A stretch of DNA of 64,000 nt from Vicugna vicugna (Eukaryota). The position numbers were made by a program, and so were the translations under genes. Location: positions 312,591-376,590 of the forward strand of contig MU058039.1 in NCBI GenBank assembly GCA_013265495.1, in the 5' to 3' direction. Below, in pieces: positions 1 to 13,590 of the stretch. The notes below the pieces were generated by a model. That model did no database searches. It was not told the DNA's origin and saw only the letters and a program-made list of their open reading frames with translations. Numbering within the stretch: the first letter of the stretch is position 1; every line of letters begins with the position of its first letter.

Positions 1-112
1 TTCACACTATAGTGGCAGAGTTGAATAGTTGCAAGAGAGACCATATGGCCTATACAACCTAAAATATTTGCTGTCTAGGCCTCTACAGAAAAGCTGCCTA
101 ATCTATGATCTA
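1..112. mobile_element. hAT-Charlie MITE fragment, MER58A-like
   Basis: 'ggcagagttgaatagttgcaagagagaccatatggcc...cctaaaatatttgctgtctaggcctctacagaaaag' matches recalled MER58A consensus. Confidence 0.65.
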
Positions 113-439
113 GATCCATGGCTTGCTTCAGTCCTTCAAGAGCCAGAAGCCTTTGCCCTCAACCCAGTTTTTTAACATTCAAAAGCACCCAGCTCTACTT
201 CCAAAACATCCCTAGGGATAGTCACTGCCCCTACAGAGAATCCTTGATATAGGTGCTCAATAAATATTTAATTAGAAATTCCACTTCTTCCAGCTGCAAG
301 AGATAACTGTGACCATCATAACAAAAACAAAAATAATTCAAATAAGATGAAAAATCATAATTAAAAAGATTCATCACAGAGCTGAAGATATAAACAAATT
401 TAAATGAACTAAACTCCAAAAAGTGCCAAGCTCTTCTTA

Positions 440-1000
440 AAAGACATATATGGATGCTCCCAACCTTGGGAGGGCTTAAACTAAGTTTTAATTATCCTAA
501 AGGTAAACAGTCCAATCATTCCAATAAAAAGACAATGTCAAGATGAGATAAGAAAACAAATTTCAACTACATGCTCTTTACAATAAATGTACTTTAAAGA
601 CACAGCTGGGTTAAAAGTTAAATGGAGGAATATATACCATAGAAATACTAAGCATAAGAAAGCTTGTGTACCTGTATTAATATAAGACAAAGACAAAATA
701 GACTTGAAGACAAAGAGTAAACTGGAGATAAACAATAAATTCATCAAGAAAACAAGCAATCCTAAATGTGTAGAGATTTAACAAAAAAGCATCAAAATAT
801 ATGAAGCACAACTTGACAGAACTAATGGGAGAAACAGACAAATCCACAAGCAGATCTGGAAATTTTAACATCCTTCTCTCAGTAATTGATAGAAAAAGTA
901 GATTAAAAAATCAGTAACAATATAGAAGATTTATACAATACTACCAAGTACCTTGTTATAACTGATAACATACCCAACTGTCAAGAATACCACACCCAAC
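440..1000 (+). mobile_element. Old L1 (L1M) ORF2 endonuclease-region fragment
   Basis: Decayed ORF2 motifs such as 'gcatcaaaatatatgaagcacaacttgacagaact...ggaaattttaacatccttctctcagtaattgataga'. Confidence 0.7.
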
Positions 1001-1040
1001 TGTCAAGAGCTGAGCAGTGCTAGAGAGCTGAGTGGCCAGT

Positions 1041-1529
1041 TGTTGGAAAAACTGATGAAGACAACAAGACAACAGCCAAAATGGAAGTAACAGTCAGGCC
1101 CTTAATCACTTACTAATCAGTTAGTACAAGCCAAGAGTCTAACCCAGAGAGTGTTGACTCCCGCACTGATCCATTTTCCCCTATGGTACAGCACTTAGAG
1201 AAGATTATAGATGGATAAACACAAGTGTAGGGAATCATCTCACTGATAAGTGAGTACCAAACAAAAGGCTCCTCCCATTTCATGGACCAGGGCATGGAGA
1301 GGAAGATGGGGGGAGGGCTAGGAGTAGAAAAAGTTTGAGTACTGAGTCACAGTGGAGAAAAAGTATCTTCAAGGTTTGCCTCCCTATCCATGATAAGAAG
1401 TCTTGATAGAGGTGACTGATAAAGAGGTATCATAACGGAGGTGCTTGGGCTAGGAAGGCAGATATGCAGAGGGGCCTGAGTACTTGGACTGCAACTCCAT
1501 TAGGATCTTGGACTGCAAGTCCCTCAACA
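1041..1529. mobile_element. Probable solo LTR, family unidentified
   Basis: GC-richer ~490-bp block starting TGTTG and ending CAACA, interrupting A-rich L1 sequence; no clean TSD seen. Confidence 0.4.
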
Positions 1530-1639
1530 CACTGGCTATGCACTAACTCATGTGTGGGAAAGAAATAAGCATCAAAAATAGTTTACATTTTAATCAGAGT
1601 ATATTGTCTGGTATTTGTCCACACATTGTTAAATAAGAA

Positions 1640-1730
1640 AGAGAAAGAGAGAAAGAGAGAGAGAGTGAAAGGAAGGAAGGAAGGAAGGAAGGAAGGAAGG
1701 AAGGAAGGAAGGAAGAAAGGAAGAAAGGAA
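1640..1730 (+). repeat. (GA)n/(GGAA)n microsatellite
   Basis: Direct tandem GGAA units 1669-1730. Confidence 0.95.
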
Positions 1731-1734
1731 GTCT

Positions 1735-4700
1735 AATAGAATCTCCAAATATTTGCAGATTAAACAAACTTCTAAATAACCTGAGAAGAAATCACAAAAG
1801 ACATTAAAAATTATGTTGACCTGAATGACTAGGAAAATACAACTTACTAAATTTTGTGGGCTGCGCAAACGCAGTTAAGGAAAATTTATAGCTTTAAATA
1901 TTATCTTAGAAAAAAAGGAAAGTGTACCATTAATGATTTAGGATCCCACCTTAAGGAGCTGGAAAGAGAAAAACAAATGAAGCCCAAAGTAAGGGGAAAA
2001 GAAGTAATAGAAATAAACGCAAAATCCATAATATAAAATGGATTTTAATAGAGAATATCAACAAAGTAAAAAACTTGTTCTTTCAAAAGATAAATACAAT
2101 TGGTAAGTTCCTAGAAAGTCTATGAAGAAAAAAAATTACCAATATGGAGATAGACTACACATCTTATAGACATTAAAAGGATAACACAACCCTATGCCAA
2201 TAATTTTGATAGTATGAATGATATGGACAAAGTCCTTACAGCACAAATTATTAAAAGTTACACAAGAGGAAATAGAAAACATAAATTACCCCACACATAT
2301 TACAGAAACTGAATTTTTAATACAACAAAACACATTGCTCACAGAGAAGATACAAATGGCTTCACCAATATATTCTACCCACATTTAAGGCAGATATAAT
2401 ACTATTATTTCATACACTTTTTCAGAAAATAGGAAAAGGAGTAAACACTTTTCTACATTTTGAGGCAAAAAACCATGATGCCAAAACTTGACAAAAATAT
2501 TACAAGAAAAAATTAATGCTCAATATCTCTCATGAATACAGATATCAAAAAATTATAAAGTAATATCAAATCGAACCCATTTGACTTTGGTACTGTTAGT
2601 ATGTTTTATATAACTAAGACAAAATTAAGTCCCTAAGAACCAAAAGCAAAATGAAACTTATCTGTTGATAATACTAGCAGGGTAAATGCAGAAAGGAAGT
2701 GGTTATTTCCAGGAACTTTAAAATACAGTCATTTGACATTAGATCTCTAGGGCAATATAATCTATAGACCAAATAACTATTAACTGACAGTAATTATACT
2801 GTTATTAATACTACTGGCATGATTATTCTAAAACATATATATATTCTGAATGGATTAAACACATGTATCAATATATATCAATGAGAATAAAGCAAGTATG
2901 TAATTATCTTAATGTTATTAAGAATAAAGATTTTTAGAGTACAAAAAGAAATACAAACCAAGATAAACAAAACCAAGATAAACTCCATAATCTTTAAATT
3001 CAATTGGAAATAGCAGTATAAATTCAGAGTTTATTTTTCTCCTAAAAAATACATATTTAACCAGTTTTGTAAAGGCCTACAAGCAGTAACAGCCAGAAGC
3101 AATGAGAAATCCTATTATCCTAATTGTGGCTTATTAAAAGCATTTCCCACTAAAAGGAACCAGGGCTCCATAGAGAAATGGCTGATTTCATGCTTAAGAC
3201 AGGAAAAATGTACATGATGGCCCCAGAACATCTTGTGACACCAGGAAGTTTGTATTCTACCAAAGACTCCAAAAGGAAGCAAAAGGAATTCAAAAGGAGA
3301 CAAGACGGAGTAAAAAGGATCCCACTGCTAACAGATGGACAATTTGAGTGTTAATAAGAATAACTGCTATGCACTGAAACATATCAAATATATTTAAATC
3401 CATAAGTTCATAATGATAATTTAAAAGGAAAACACAGGATAAACTTTGGAAAATGCTAAAAAAAAACTGTAAAATCAAGCTTTTACCTGAATTTTTTTGC
3501 ATAAGCTATACTTCAGAGTAATCAAGACATTGATGAGAGTATGGCTCTCTTTACAGAAGCATCCCAGCTAATAAATGCAGGAGAAATGACAGAATTACAT
3601 ACTATTTTGTAACTCCTGATAAAATAATAGATTCCAAATACAGATGATCAATGGCAGATAACATCACATAAAGGAAAACAACCAAATATTATTCACCACT
3701 TCAAAGACATATATACCATTATGTGTGAAGGATTAGTGTAAAACAAACAAGCAAAAACACGAAAAACCTGAACTTGATCAAGCCTCTAAAAACGCCAGTT
3801 TACAAGAAACAGAGGGCTAAAGGAACATGTTAAATGATGCCACATATATGCAATCAACAAAATCCAGAATATAGGTAGCTCTATAAGAAACTCTGTTTCT
3901 GGAACAAATAAACTGCAAGAAAAGAGAAAAGAGAATGAAATATTTAACAAATATATCTTACTATTACACTAAATGAACATTGTTTGGATCTTGATTCTAA
4001 CAAACCATAAAAAATATTAATGGACAATGTGGGAAATCTCAACACTAACTGGATATTTTATGACATTAAGAGAGTACTGAGTTCTTTTCTTTTTAGCAGC
4101 AATAATATTGTGGTTCTGTTTTTAAAATTAAAAGTTCTTATCTTTTAGAAACATATACTAAAGTATTTATGGATGAAATTTTATATCTGGAATTTACTTC
4201 AAGATTATACATGTTTTGAGGGGAGTGGGGAGGGAGTAGTAGAACCATAGATGAAACATGTTTAGCCTTAAATTGTTATTTGTTGAAGCTGAGTGATGGG
4301 TACGGTACATGAGGATGCATTACACTACACTTTAAGTTTTGTATGTTTGATTTTTTTCCATAAGTAAAAAAAAAAAGTCTTGATAGATCCCAAATATGAA
4401 CTAGGGTTCATTCTAAAGGAGGTTTTTTGAGTAATTCTCATTTTCTTCCTTATTTGTAACCTTTTGTATTTTCTAAATCATGCCAGCAAATAACTACTAC
4501 TTTGATGTCATGAAACAAGTAAATAACAACTTCCTGAAATTTAAAACAAGAGCATGCAATGTTTAAAAAAGAAATTCTCAATAAATTCATTAAAAAAAGA
4601 ATATTTAACAGTATACAGATAAACTCAATAGCATATAACCATACAAAATCGATATCTAACCATATGTATATATATATATGGATCCATAATCCAGTGAACT

Positions 4701-5630
4701 CCAAGAAGTCTTGCTTGTTTTCCTGTATTCATAAGGTTAGTAAAGATATTCATATTGTTATTTTGAAATTCTTTCTTTCTCTCAATCCAAAAGGAAGCAG
4801 AAATTATGGAAAAAGTAATAAAGTACAGATGGAACAAATATAATACAAATGGTAAGATGATGGATTTGATTCAAATCATACCAATAACCACACTAACTAT
4901 AAACGATATGAATATTCCAATTAAAAGACAGATGTTAAACTGGATAAAAACACAAGATCCAACTAAATGCTGCCTATAAGAAATGCATTTTATCAGAACA
5001 CAAATAAGTTAAAAGGATAGAAAAAGATACACCATGCTAACACTAATGAAAAAAAGCTAGAGTGACTATATTAAATATCAGGTAAAATAAATGTTCAAAG
5101 CAAAAAATATTAGAAGGAATAGAGAAGACCATTTCATAATAAAGGGGTCAATTCACCATTAGGACATATACCTAATAACAGAGCTTCAAAATACTTGAAA
5201 CAGAAACTGATAGACACTACAAAGAGAAAGAGGTAAACTGAACAAATAGAGACAAAGTCAGTAAGGGTACAGAAGATTTAAACGCTATCAACCCACTCGA
5301 CCTAGCTGATAGCTACAGAACATTTTACTCTACAATGGCAGAATACAGTCTTTTCAAGTACACACCAAACACTGACTAGGACAGACCATATATTCTGGGT
5401 CATAAAACAAATCTTAATAAATTTAAAAGGATTTAAATCATACAAAGTATATTCTCTGAACACAATGGAATAAAATCAGAAATCAGTAGCAGAAAGACCC
5501 CTAGAAGACCCTTAAGACATTTGAAAACTAAATAACGTATTTCTAAATAACCCATAAATCAAAGAAGAAATCAAAAGGCAAATAAGGGGGGATTCTGAAG
5601 TGAAGAGAGAATAACTAAAATAAGATTGGC
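1735..5630 (+). mobile_element. Fragmented old L1 (L1M ORF2 pieces and L1MC/L1MD-type 3' region)
   Basis: Decayed ORF2 segments at 1735-2580 and 4820-5630; L1MC-like 3' UTR ending in an A-run at ~4367-4377. Confidence 0.65.
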
Positions 5631-5978
5631 AACTTTTGAACTGGGCATATGATGGTTCATTATATATTTGTGTACATCTGAAAATTAACAAACAAAAAAA
5701 GTTAAATAAAAATTCTGCTGTGTCACAAATAACACAACAGAACTCTTCCTTTTTAAATTTATGGATCTCAAATCCATTCTTTGTCAGTGTAACCACTATT
5801 GGGAAGTATTTATCACAATTAACTGCACATATTCCTTGCTCCTAATGTACAGAAAATTGCCTTGTCCCTCCATCATTTGCGAAGGCTTAGATAGGAAATT
5901 TCAAAAAGTAAGCAAAGATTCCTATGTTCTGAAAAAAACAAAGGCATTTCAGGAAACAAAGAGGAAACATCTACTCAC

Positions 5979-6028
5979 ACTGGAGCTTGTTTTTGATTGT
6001 ATGACAGCCATTCTTCCTCTGGGCTCTA
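5979..6028 (-). CDS. Candidate start-codon exon (MAVIQSKTSSS) of a KRAB-ZNF gene continuing left beyond the window
   Basis: Polypyrimidine tract + AG at 6030-6029, ATG at 6011-6009 in strong context (A-3, G+4), 33 nt to a phase-0 GTGAGT donor at 5978; visibly paralogous to gene 1's ATG exon at 31357-31426. No KRAB exon found in 1-5978. Confidence 0.4.
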
Positions 6029-7349
6029 CTTTCAGGGAAAGAAAAAGGAATCATGAGATACTGAGCCTTTCTTAGAGTATGCTCTAAATTAGAACCTCCC
6101 ACCCCATCTCACCAATCTACCCCTTATTTAACATTTAAGAGGAAAGTCAGGAGACTAGAACAATTCTCTACTTTCTGTATTAGAAAGAAGGGCCAAGATC
6201 ACAGCTATCTTGGGCTAGCATTTGTTTCTGGGATCAAGGGTGTTCACCGGACATAGAGCCCTGCAGTGGAGTGCTCCAGGTTCTGGTGTTTGGCTCACTC
6301 CTCTAGTACACTCTCTGGAAATATTCCCACTCCTGGAAAACCACTACATTTTCAAGTGGCCTGTCTTGAAGGTGCTATCAGCTCTAAAATTCTCATCTCA
6401 AGACTAGGTCTGTCCCTTAGAAATAACTTAAGATTCTTCATTCAGGGACTCAAATTTCAAACTTACTTCCTTGCTGTCACTTCTCTGCATCCAAAACTCT
6501 TAAGGCTCTTAAGGTGAGAGGGCACCAGCAAGCAGTAGGGGAGCTACAACTACAATCCCAGGGCAAACTAAGGATGGATATGAAAATGAAGCACTACAGG
6601 GCATGTGTGAAATGAGGGATAGGGTGGTCAAAATAGAAAGAAGTCAAATCCTCAGAGGACAAAGCCACATGGGATTCTTGATCCACAGGCAGATTCAGCC
6701 CCAGAATGAATCCCAGAAATAACACTCTGTACTCCATTAAACTCCCATAAGCTCACAGACTATAAAATATACAAATGACCACACAAAGACACACACAGTA
6801 ATACTTCCACAGTCACACAGCCAGAGTCACAGAAATCACCAAGTTGATACAACATTGCCAGACCACCTAGTCTTAAAATCCAATCATACAGAGCATGCAC
6901 ACAATTACTCAAGCATATCCAAGCACCCTGTCGGGGACACATACTGCCCAAAACACCCTTTCACAACAGCACTTTTACTCCATTCACACAGCAATGGAAA
7001 CAGCACACACCCAGTCATCCAATCAAAGAGCCAGAAAAACACACCAAGTACCAGGTCAAGGAAACAAGCAGTCACAAACACTGTGTCACAGAAACACTGT
7101 CATAACACTCAAAGTCACAGGTAAACTCCAGTAACAAACATACACAACCTCAAAGTAATACAAGCACTTCCAAACAACAGCATTATCGCACACCTCACAG
7201 TCATAAGCACGCAATTACAATGTCACAAAAGCACATTTCCAGTCAGGCAAGCTTGCGTTTACACACACAATCACAGCAGGACTATCACACTCTCAGAGTC
7301 ACAACTACACTCACACAAACGCTTACACACAAAACCACAGTAGCACACG

Positions 7350-7960
7350 CCCATGTGCCCATACAGCCACCAATATCAGGCTGGCTGGCGCGCGCGCGCG
7401 CACACGCACACACACACACCAGCGGGAGGCACGGCCACACACGCAATTCCAGTGACGCTTCCTCCCAGCGTTTCCGCCGTAGCATTCCAGACATCCTCAC
7501 CTCGACAGAGGGTGCAGTTCAGGGTCCAGGATCTCGTCCCCGGGGTTTCCGCCCGGTTTCGGGTTCGCCCGCCCCGCGGAAGCCAGGCCAAGCTCCTCCA
7601 CAGACGCAGCCCTCTCCCCACGCAAGGCCCCCGAATCGCGCGAGCAAACGGAAATGAAGCCGAGTTCGGAACGCGGTGGCTCTGGGAAATGTAGTCCAGC
7701 TCCAGGCAGGCTGAGGCTGGCCGGCCGCGACGCTAGGAGACCCAGTCCGCTAACTCTCGGCGGGGTTCGCGGACTCAGCGGCTAGAACCAGCTCACCCCA
7801 ACGGCCGCGCCCCAGAGGTTTCTGGGAGAGCCCGCCTGCGCTCAATGCGCAGGCGTCCGGCGCGCTCCGCTGGGGCGGTTGGGGCTCGAGAGAGCGAGCG
7901 CCGAGTGGACCCAGGGTCTTACCCGTCAGGGAAAAGTGGGACCGGCTGGTGGGGCAGATG
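7350..7960. promoter_or_regulatory. CpG-island promoter, likely bidirectional; minus-strand first exon with donor GAG|GTGAGG at 7500
   Basis: High CpG density; GGACTACATTTCCCAGA on minus strand at 7681-7697 (ZNF143/THAP11 motif); NRF1-like TGCGCAGGCG ~7846-7855; GC box GGGGCGG ~7872. Confidence 0.8.
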
Positions 7961-8990
7961 CAGGGGACCAGTCTGAGAGTCGAACTGGCATGACACCCTC
8001 TGTATACCTTGTCGAGCCCTTTGGTGCGTGCGAATGTGTTTGTGTGTGACCAAGCGAGGTATCCCTCAGTGGCCGGGTGTGTGGTTGTATTTTCTGCCTG
8101 GGTGTGATGCTACGTGCTGTTGGGCGTGAGGTGATTGGTACTCGAAGCTGCATGGTAATAGCGTTTTATAACTATGTGCGATTGTCTGACAGAGTAAGGG
8201 AGTTCTGCTGTTGTGATTTGTGTCCATAATTGAGTGTGGTTGTGCGACTGGTGATGTTTTGTGTTTTTTAAATGTACTTTTCTTGTACCTATATTTCAGA
8301 GTGTCTGTAGGAGTTCAGAGAGCTTCTATATGATTGTGAAGAAACGATGGATGGTCAAATTAGTTCTTCCTTTAACACTGATATGATGATCCGGGAAAGT
8401 TTACCAGTTTATCGGGCAAATAATTTAGACAATGTTTTTCTATTGGATTAAATATATGTATTATGGAGAAGAATGCAAAATCAACGTAGACCTTTGTTTT
8501 GTTTTGTTTTTTAAGAAGATCATTTTAAAGGCAGCCCTAGGGTAACTGCTTTTTTCTCTGCCACAGCCCTTCAAAGTAGGCATTCATTCTTTTCTACGTT
8601 AAGGGGATATTATTGGGTAAAATTGAGAGGCCATCCACATAAACACTAAATACTGTTTCGTAATCTGCTTTTTCCATGTTTTAAAACTGAAATATTGCAT
8701 TAAAATACATATACTTTTCAAATGTTTGTAATATTTAAAAACAGATCATTAGTGTTTTGAAGTAATGAAATACATTTCGAATATTTATGACTGAGTTGTT
8801 AAAATTTGTTAATATGGTGTATATTTTATTGGGACATGTATATTAAAAATTACATGGAATCTATTTATCATAATTTCTTTTAACCATTCTACACTTGTCA
8901 GAATCATGAAACATACCTGAATAGTTCCTCATTCATAATGGCCATCTCTTGGATCTTGGCGTTGGTTATGGGTGGTTAAGAATTTGTCAT

Positions 8991-9825
8991 TTCACACACC
9001 AGTCAGAATGGCCATCATTAAAAAGTCTACAAACGATGAATGCCAGAGAGGGTATGGAGAAAAGGGAACTCTCCTACGATGCTGGTGGGAATGAAGTTTG
9101 GTGCAGCCATTATGGAAAACAGTATGGAGATGCCTCAAAAAACTGAAAATAGATTTACCATATGATCTAGCAATCCCACTCCTGAGCATATATCCAGAGG
9201 GAACTCTAATTCGAAAATATACATGCACCCCAATGTTTGTAGCAGCACTATTTACAATAACCAAGACATGGAAGCCAAATGTCCATCGACAGATGACTGG
9301 ATAAAGAAGTTGTGGTATATTTATATAATGGAATACTACTCAGCCATAAAAAAGAGTAAAGTAATGCCATTTGCAGCAACAGGGATGGACCTAGAGATGG
9401 TCATTCTAAGTGAAGTAAGCCAGAAATAGAAAGAAAAATACCATATGATATCACTCATATGTGGAATCTAAAAAAAGAGGACACTAATGAACTCATCTAC
9501 AAAAACAGACTCACAGACATAGTGAACAATCTTACAGTTAACCAGGGGAAAGGGGTTGGGAAGGGATAAATTTGGGAGTTTGAGATTTGCAAATGTTAAT
9601 CATTATACATAAAAACGGATAAAAAACAAATTTCTTCTGTATAGCACAGGAAACTATATTTGATATCTTTTAATAACCTTTAATGAAAAAGAATTTGAAA
9701 ATGAATATGTGTGTGTGTGTGTGTGTATATGACTGGGACATTATGTTGTACACCAGAAATTGACACATTGTAACTGACTATATACTTTAACAAAAACTTT
9801 CAAAATTTCTAAAAATTAAAAATAC
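8991..9825 (+). mobile_element. Relatively young L1 3' end (ORF2 C-terminus + 3' UTR), cetartiodactyl type
   Basis: ORF2 C-terminal motifs ([41 protein letters not shown]) and typical 3' UTR. Confidence 0.9.
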
Positions 9826-11849
9826 AATAGATAGGATATATAGGATGACTACAGAAGAAGAAATTAATGAGCTGGAATACATCAGATGTTCTTAGAAAGC
9901 AACAAAAATTTAAAAGAGCAATGAATAAGTAAAAGCAGATAAATACAGAGAATAGAAGTGGATATGCTAATAAACAGAAGTCCTAGAGAAGGGGAAAAAG
10001 AGAAGAAAGAAAATGAATAAAATATTTGAAAAATCAGTTCCTTAGTAGGACGGATGACAGATCTGGGCTTGAAAGGGCTATTGTATTGCCAAATAAAATA
10101 GATAAGGGAAAATCCATACCTAGATACATTGTGAAATTTAACACAGATTATTCTACAGTATTTCTGGAGCGGAGGGAGTCATAAGTAAGGATCAGGCATT
10201 GGATCTTTTAACTGCAACCCTAGAAGACAGTGGGTATTTTCTGAGTATTGAATGAAAAAAGTTTGAACAGACTATTATATTCAGCCAAAGAGTCTTTAAA
10301 TTTGAAGGCATAATAAGTAATGATCAACATATAAAGCAAAAGTCAGAACAGTCAGCAGAAGATTAAAACACATTCAACCTCATTAAAAATCTAGAAATGC
10401 AAATTAAAACAACAGTGAAACACTCCAAGTTTTTGGAATAACAAAGAGAATTGACAGTGATCACACTTTGCTGTTAGTGCTTTTTGGTGCAATTATGCAG
10501 AAAAAAATTTGTCAACATAGAGTACAACTGGAAATATTCACAACTATGGAACCCTGTTTACTTACTCTATTTATTTATTACTCCATTTATTTACTCTATT
10601 TCTCAGCTGTGAAAGAATAATTTTCCACATTTAAGCTGCAAGACATCAATAAGGATACTGATTGCAATTATTTTTAGTAGAGAAACATTGGAAATAAATA
10701 TTCCTCAAGTAGATACTAAATACAAGCTCACTTAACAACCACTCCCAACTTCCTTCTCATTTTTAATTCCTGTATCAGAGGTTGAAGGAAACATGCAAAA
10801 CATAGGATTCTAAAGAAAAATTTTGAATGAGAGCCTAACTCTTAAGGACTATGGCAAAGAGATACCAGATCTAAAAAGCTGTAAAATTGAGAACCTTGTA
10901 GGATTAAAAAGCTGGTTACAAAAACCCCATATACAATATTCAGTACATTGAGAGCATCAGATTGTGGAGATTAGGAAGGAATATGGGGAAAGCTCTTTGT
11001 GTGCTCGGAATTGTATCTCTTCCAGGGTAGAAAAGGATGCTCATCCATCTCGTGCTTACTGGGAGGGGTACACTAAGATCACAACTTGGGGGCAAAGTGG
11101 AGTGCTGACTGACTTCCTGGAGAAATCTAAATCCTAAGAGAAGGGCTGACTAGTGCTGCTTTTTCATCACCCAACCATCTCCAAATATCCATAAAAAGAA
11201 TGCATGAGTTTTTCCCAAGGACCAAATGTGGTCTGAAGTCTAGTTGAGGAAGGCCACTGGGAGAAGTGAACAAACTTCAGCATAGAGAATCTACAAGTAT
11301 TGCTAAATCCCTAAGGGTGGAGGAAGGTGTAAATTACCTGCTGAAATGGAAACACGTTTGTCTGAGTCAAAGTAACTGCAGGTTCACAACTGCTGGGTGT
11401 TCTCCAAAGAACCCATAAGAGCACTCCATTAGGTGGCCAAGTGCAGAGAATAACGATGTTGAATCACAACAGTATCAATCAAGTAAAAAATTACCTCTAC
11501 CCTTTCCTTTTTCTTATTTGAGCTCCAATGTTGTAGAGGTCAGAAACTAGACAGCAAGCTGAATGATGAGTAGAAGTGCTACCATGATAAACAGAGAAAT
11601 TATTTCTATCACTCTTCTTCCCTGAGGGTATGTCTCACCTGCAACAGATGACATATCATTAAAGAGAAGCCTCAGAGTTTAAAGAATCTTTATACTGGAT
11701 TACCTAAGAGTGACCAAAAGTGGCTTCCTAGATTTTCATTTCATGGAAGAACCAACCTCCATAACTCAGTGAATAAATCAAAGTGAAACCAGAGCATAAA
11801 AATTGTTGCCAAAGATTCAACCTAATGATCACCCACATACAGTAAAGAG

Positions 11850-12200
11850 GCAGTACATAAAAGTGGTTAAGTGTATAGACTTGAACCAAGATGAGCAGTA
11901 AAAACTATTATCTCAGATCCAGCAGGACACCTCACATGGACAGTGTCACCAGCAGTATTGTGCTTCATTAAGAAAATAGAGAGACTCCTGCCCTACATCA
12001 TTTTACATCCTACAGTCCTTTTAATAAGTACTTTGGTTTGAACCATGGCTATGCCTATGTAGCTGTGGAAATATAGCCATGTTATTTTACCTCCTTGTGC
12101 CTCACTTTCCTCATCTAAAATGGGGAAAATAAAATTTTCTGAGTTTATATATAAAGGGTTAAGTAGAAATGTCCTAAGGAACATTCTTTGGCACATAGTA
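11850..12200. mobile_element. MIR fragments
   Basis: 'gaggcagtacataaaagtggttaag' and core 'gcctcactttcctcatctaaaatgggga...ggcacatagt'. Confidence 0.55.
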
Positions 12201-12229
12201 TGACATTCCGTAAAGGAAACCTATTGTAC

Positions 12230-12640
12230 CCTCCAGAATCTCCATAGCAAGACTTCCATACATGATCTCATTTTGACCAAGCAGATTTCACTGCTGGAAA
12301 TTTAGAGACCAAGTGTGCACTGTGAGTCACATTTAAGATTAGATCTTCTATCAACATGGTGGCAAAAGTCTGGTTCTCATTGACTGCAGCCCTGGTGATG
12401 ACTCTAGTACTAGTACCCAATTTTTAGAATCACAGGGACTGAGTGGCAGAGGCAGTAACAGTGGCAGAGATTTTTCCACCAGTCTAAAAGAGTGTTCAAC
12501 ATTTCTCTTGGTTTCACTGTCCTTGGTCATTTGCCCTCACTCCCACCCCGAGATTCTAAAAACTACCCACGATCCTTTAATAAATCCCTTTCTACTTAAA
12601 CTAGCCCTAACAAATTCTGCTATAAACTAAAAACTTTAAC
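12230..12640 (+). mobile_element. Old ERV-L-type LTR fragment
   Basis: LTR-like 3' end 'taataaatccctttctacttaaactagccc'; family not resolved. Confidence 0.35.
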
Positions 12641-13267
12641 AGAAGGGAAAATAGACAAACTGTGATATATTCATATAATGAAATGCTAGTGCAGACATAA
12701 AAATAAATGAAGCTTATCTGTATATTTCAGCCTGTGAATGTCTCAAAAATGAATAAAGAAATTTATGGAAACATAACATTAGATAAAACTTAAAATTATG
12801 CAAAATAGCATGTTTATTGGTACACACACCTCTCATTATTTGAACTTACATTATCAAAATATCCATTTAAGAATTTACAAAATTTTTTAAACCAAAATTC
12901 ACCATCTGAATAAAACCCCCTCAATAATGAATCTTGATTCCTGCACTTTGTAACAAGTTTAAATTGAACCAAGTATGGGTAAGATGTGGCGGGTACTGTG
13001 CTCACATCCCAGTTTACTTCCCCCCTTGAACCTCTCACTTACATTGTTGAAACATGCTGTGCATTATCACTATAATTTCTCTGAGAATTTGGCCGTTTAT
13101 GGATACCAGTTCACTTCTGTTAGATGCCTGGGGGCACGACCAATCTTGTTTTAGAGAGTATTTTTTAAAAACGTATTTCTTCATTTAGTTTAATTACAGA
13201 TGTCCCCTAGCATTAGAAAATGAAAACAATTTTCTGAGTTTCTTTTGTTAAATAATTATATAATTTT

Positions 13268-13590
13268 TTTGGTGACTTTTTAAAAAATTGAAGGATAGTC
13301 AGTTTACAATGTATCGGTTTCTGGTGTACAGCACAATGCTTCAGTCATACGTGAATATATATATATTCATTTTCATATTTTCACTATTGAATATAGTTCC
13401 CTGTGCTATACAGTATAAACTTGTTTATCAGATTTTGTGAGAATACTCCTCTATTTTGAAATGAGAGACACTGTGCCAGAGTTCAGTAGGTGTTCTGTGC
13501 GATTCAGTGCATTTGTAGATGTAATTCTTGGTGTACTTGTGGGAGAGGGTGAGCTGTGAGTCTCTCTACACCACCATCTTGGCTCCACCC
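13268..13590 (-). mobile_element. Short L1 derivative: L1 5'-end-like segment fused to L1 3' end, flanked by TSD
   Basis: Minus strand begins GGAGCCAAGATGGTGG...CTCACCCTCTCCCACAA (L1 5' terminus-like) and continues into L1 3' UTR 'tatactgtatagcacagggaactatattc...cattgtaaactgacta'; TSD 13251-13267 vs 13591-13607 (15/17). Confidence 0.7.

Noticed and set aside
6760..7694. Several 60-145 aa ORFs across the CA-rich region and CpG island
   Set aside because: Low-complexity or GC-rich sequence depleted of stops; no domain similarity
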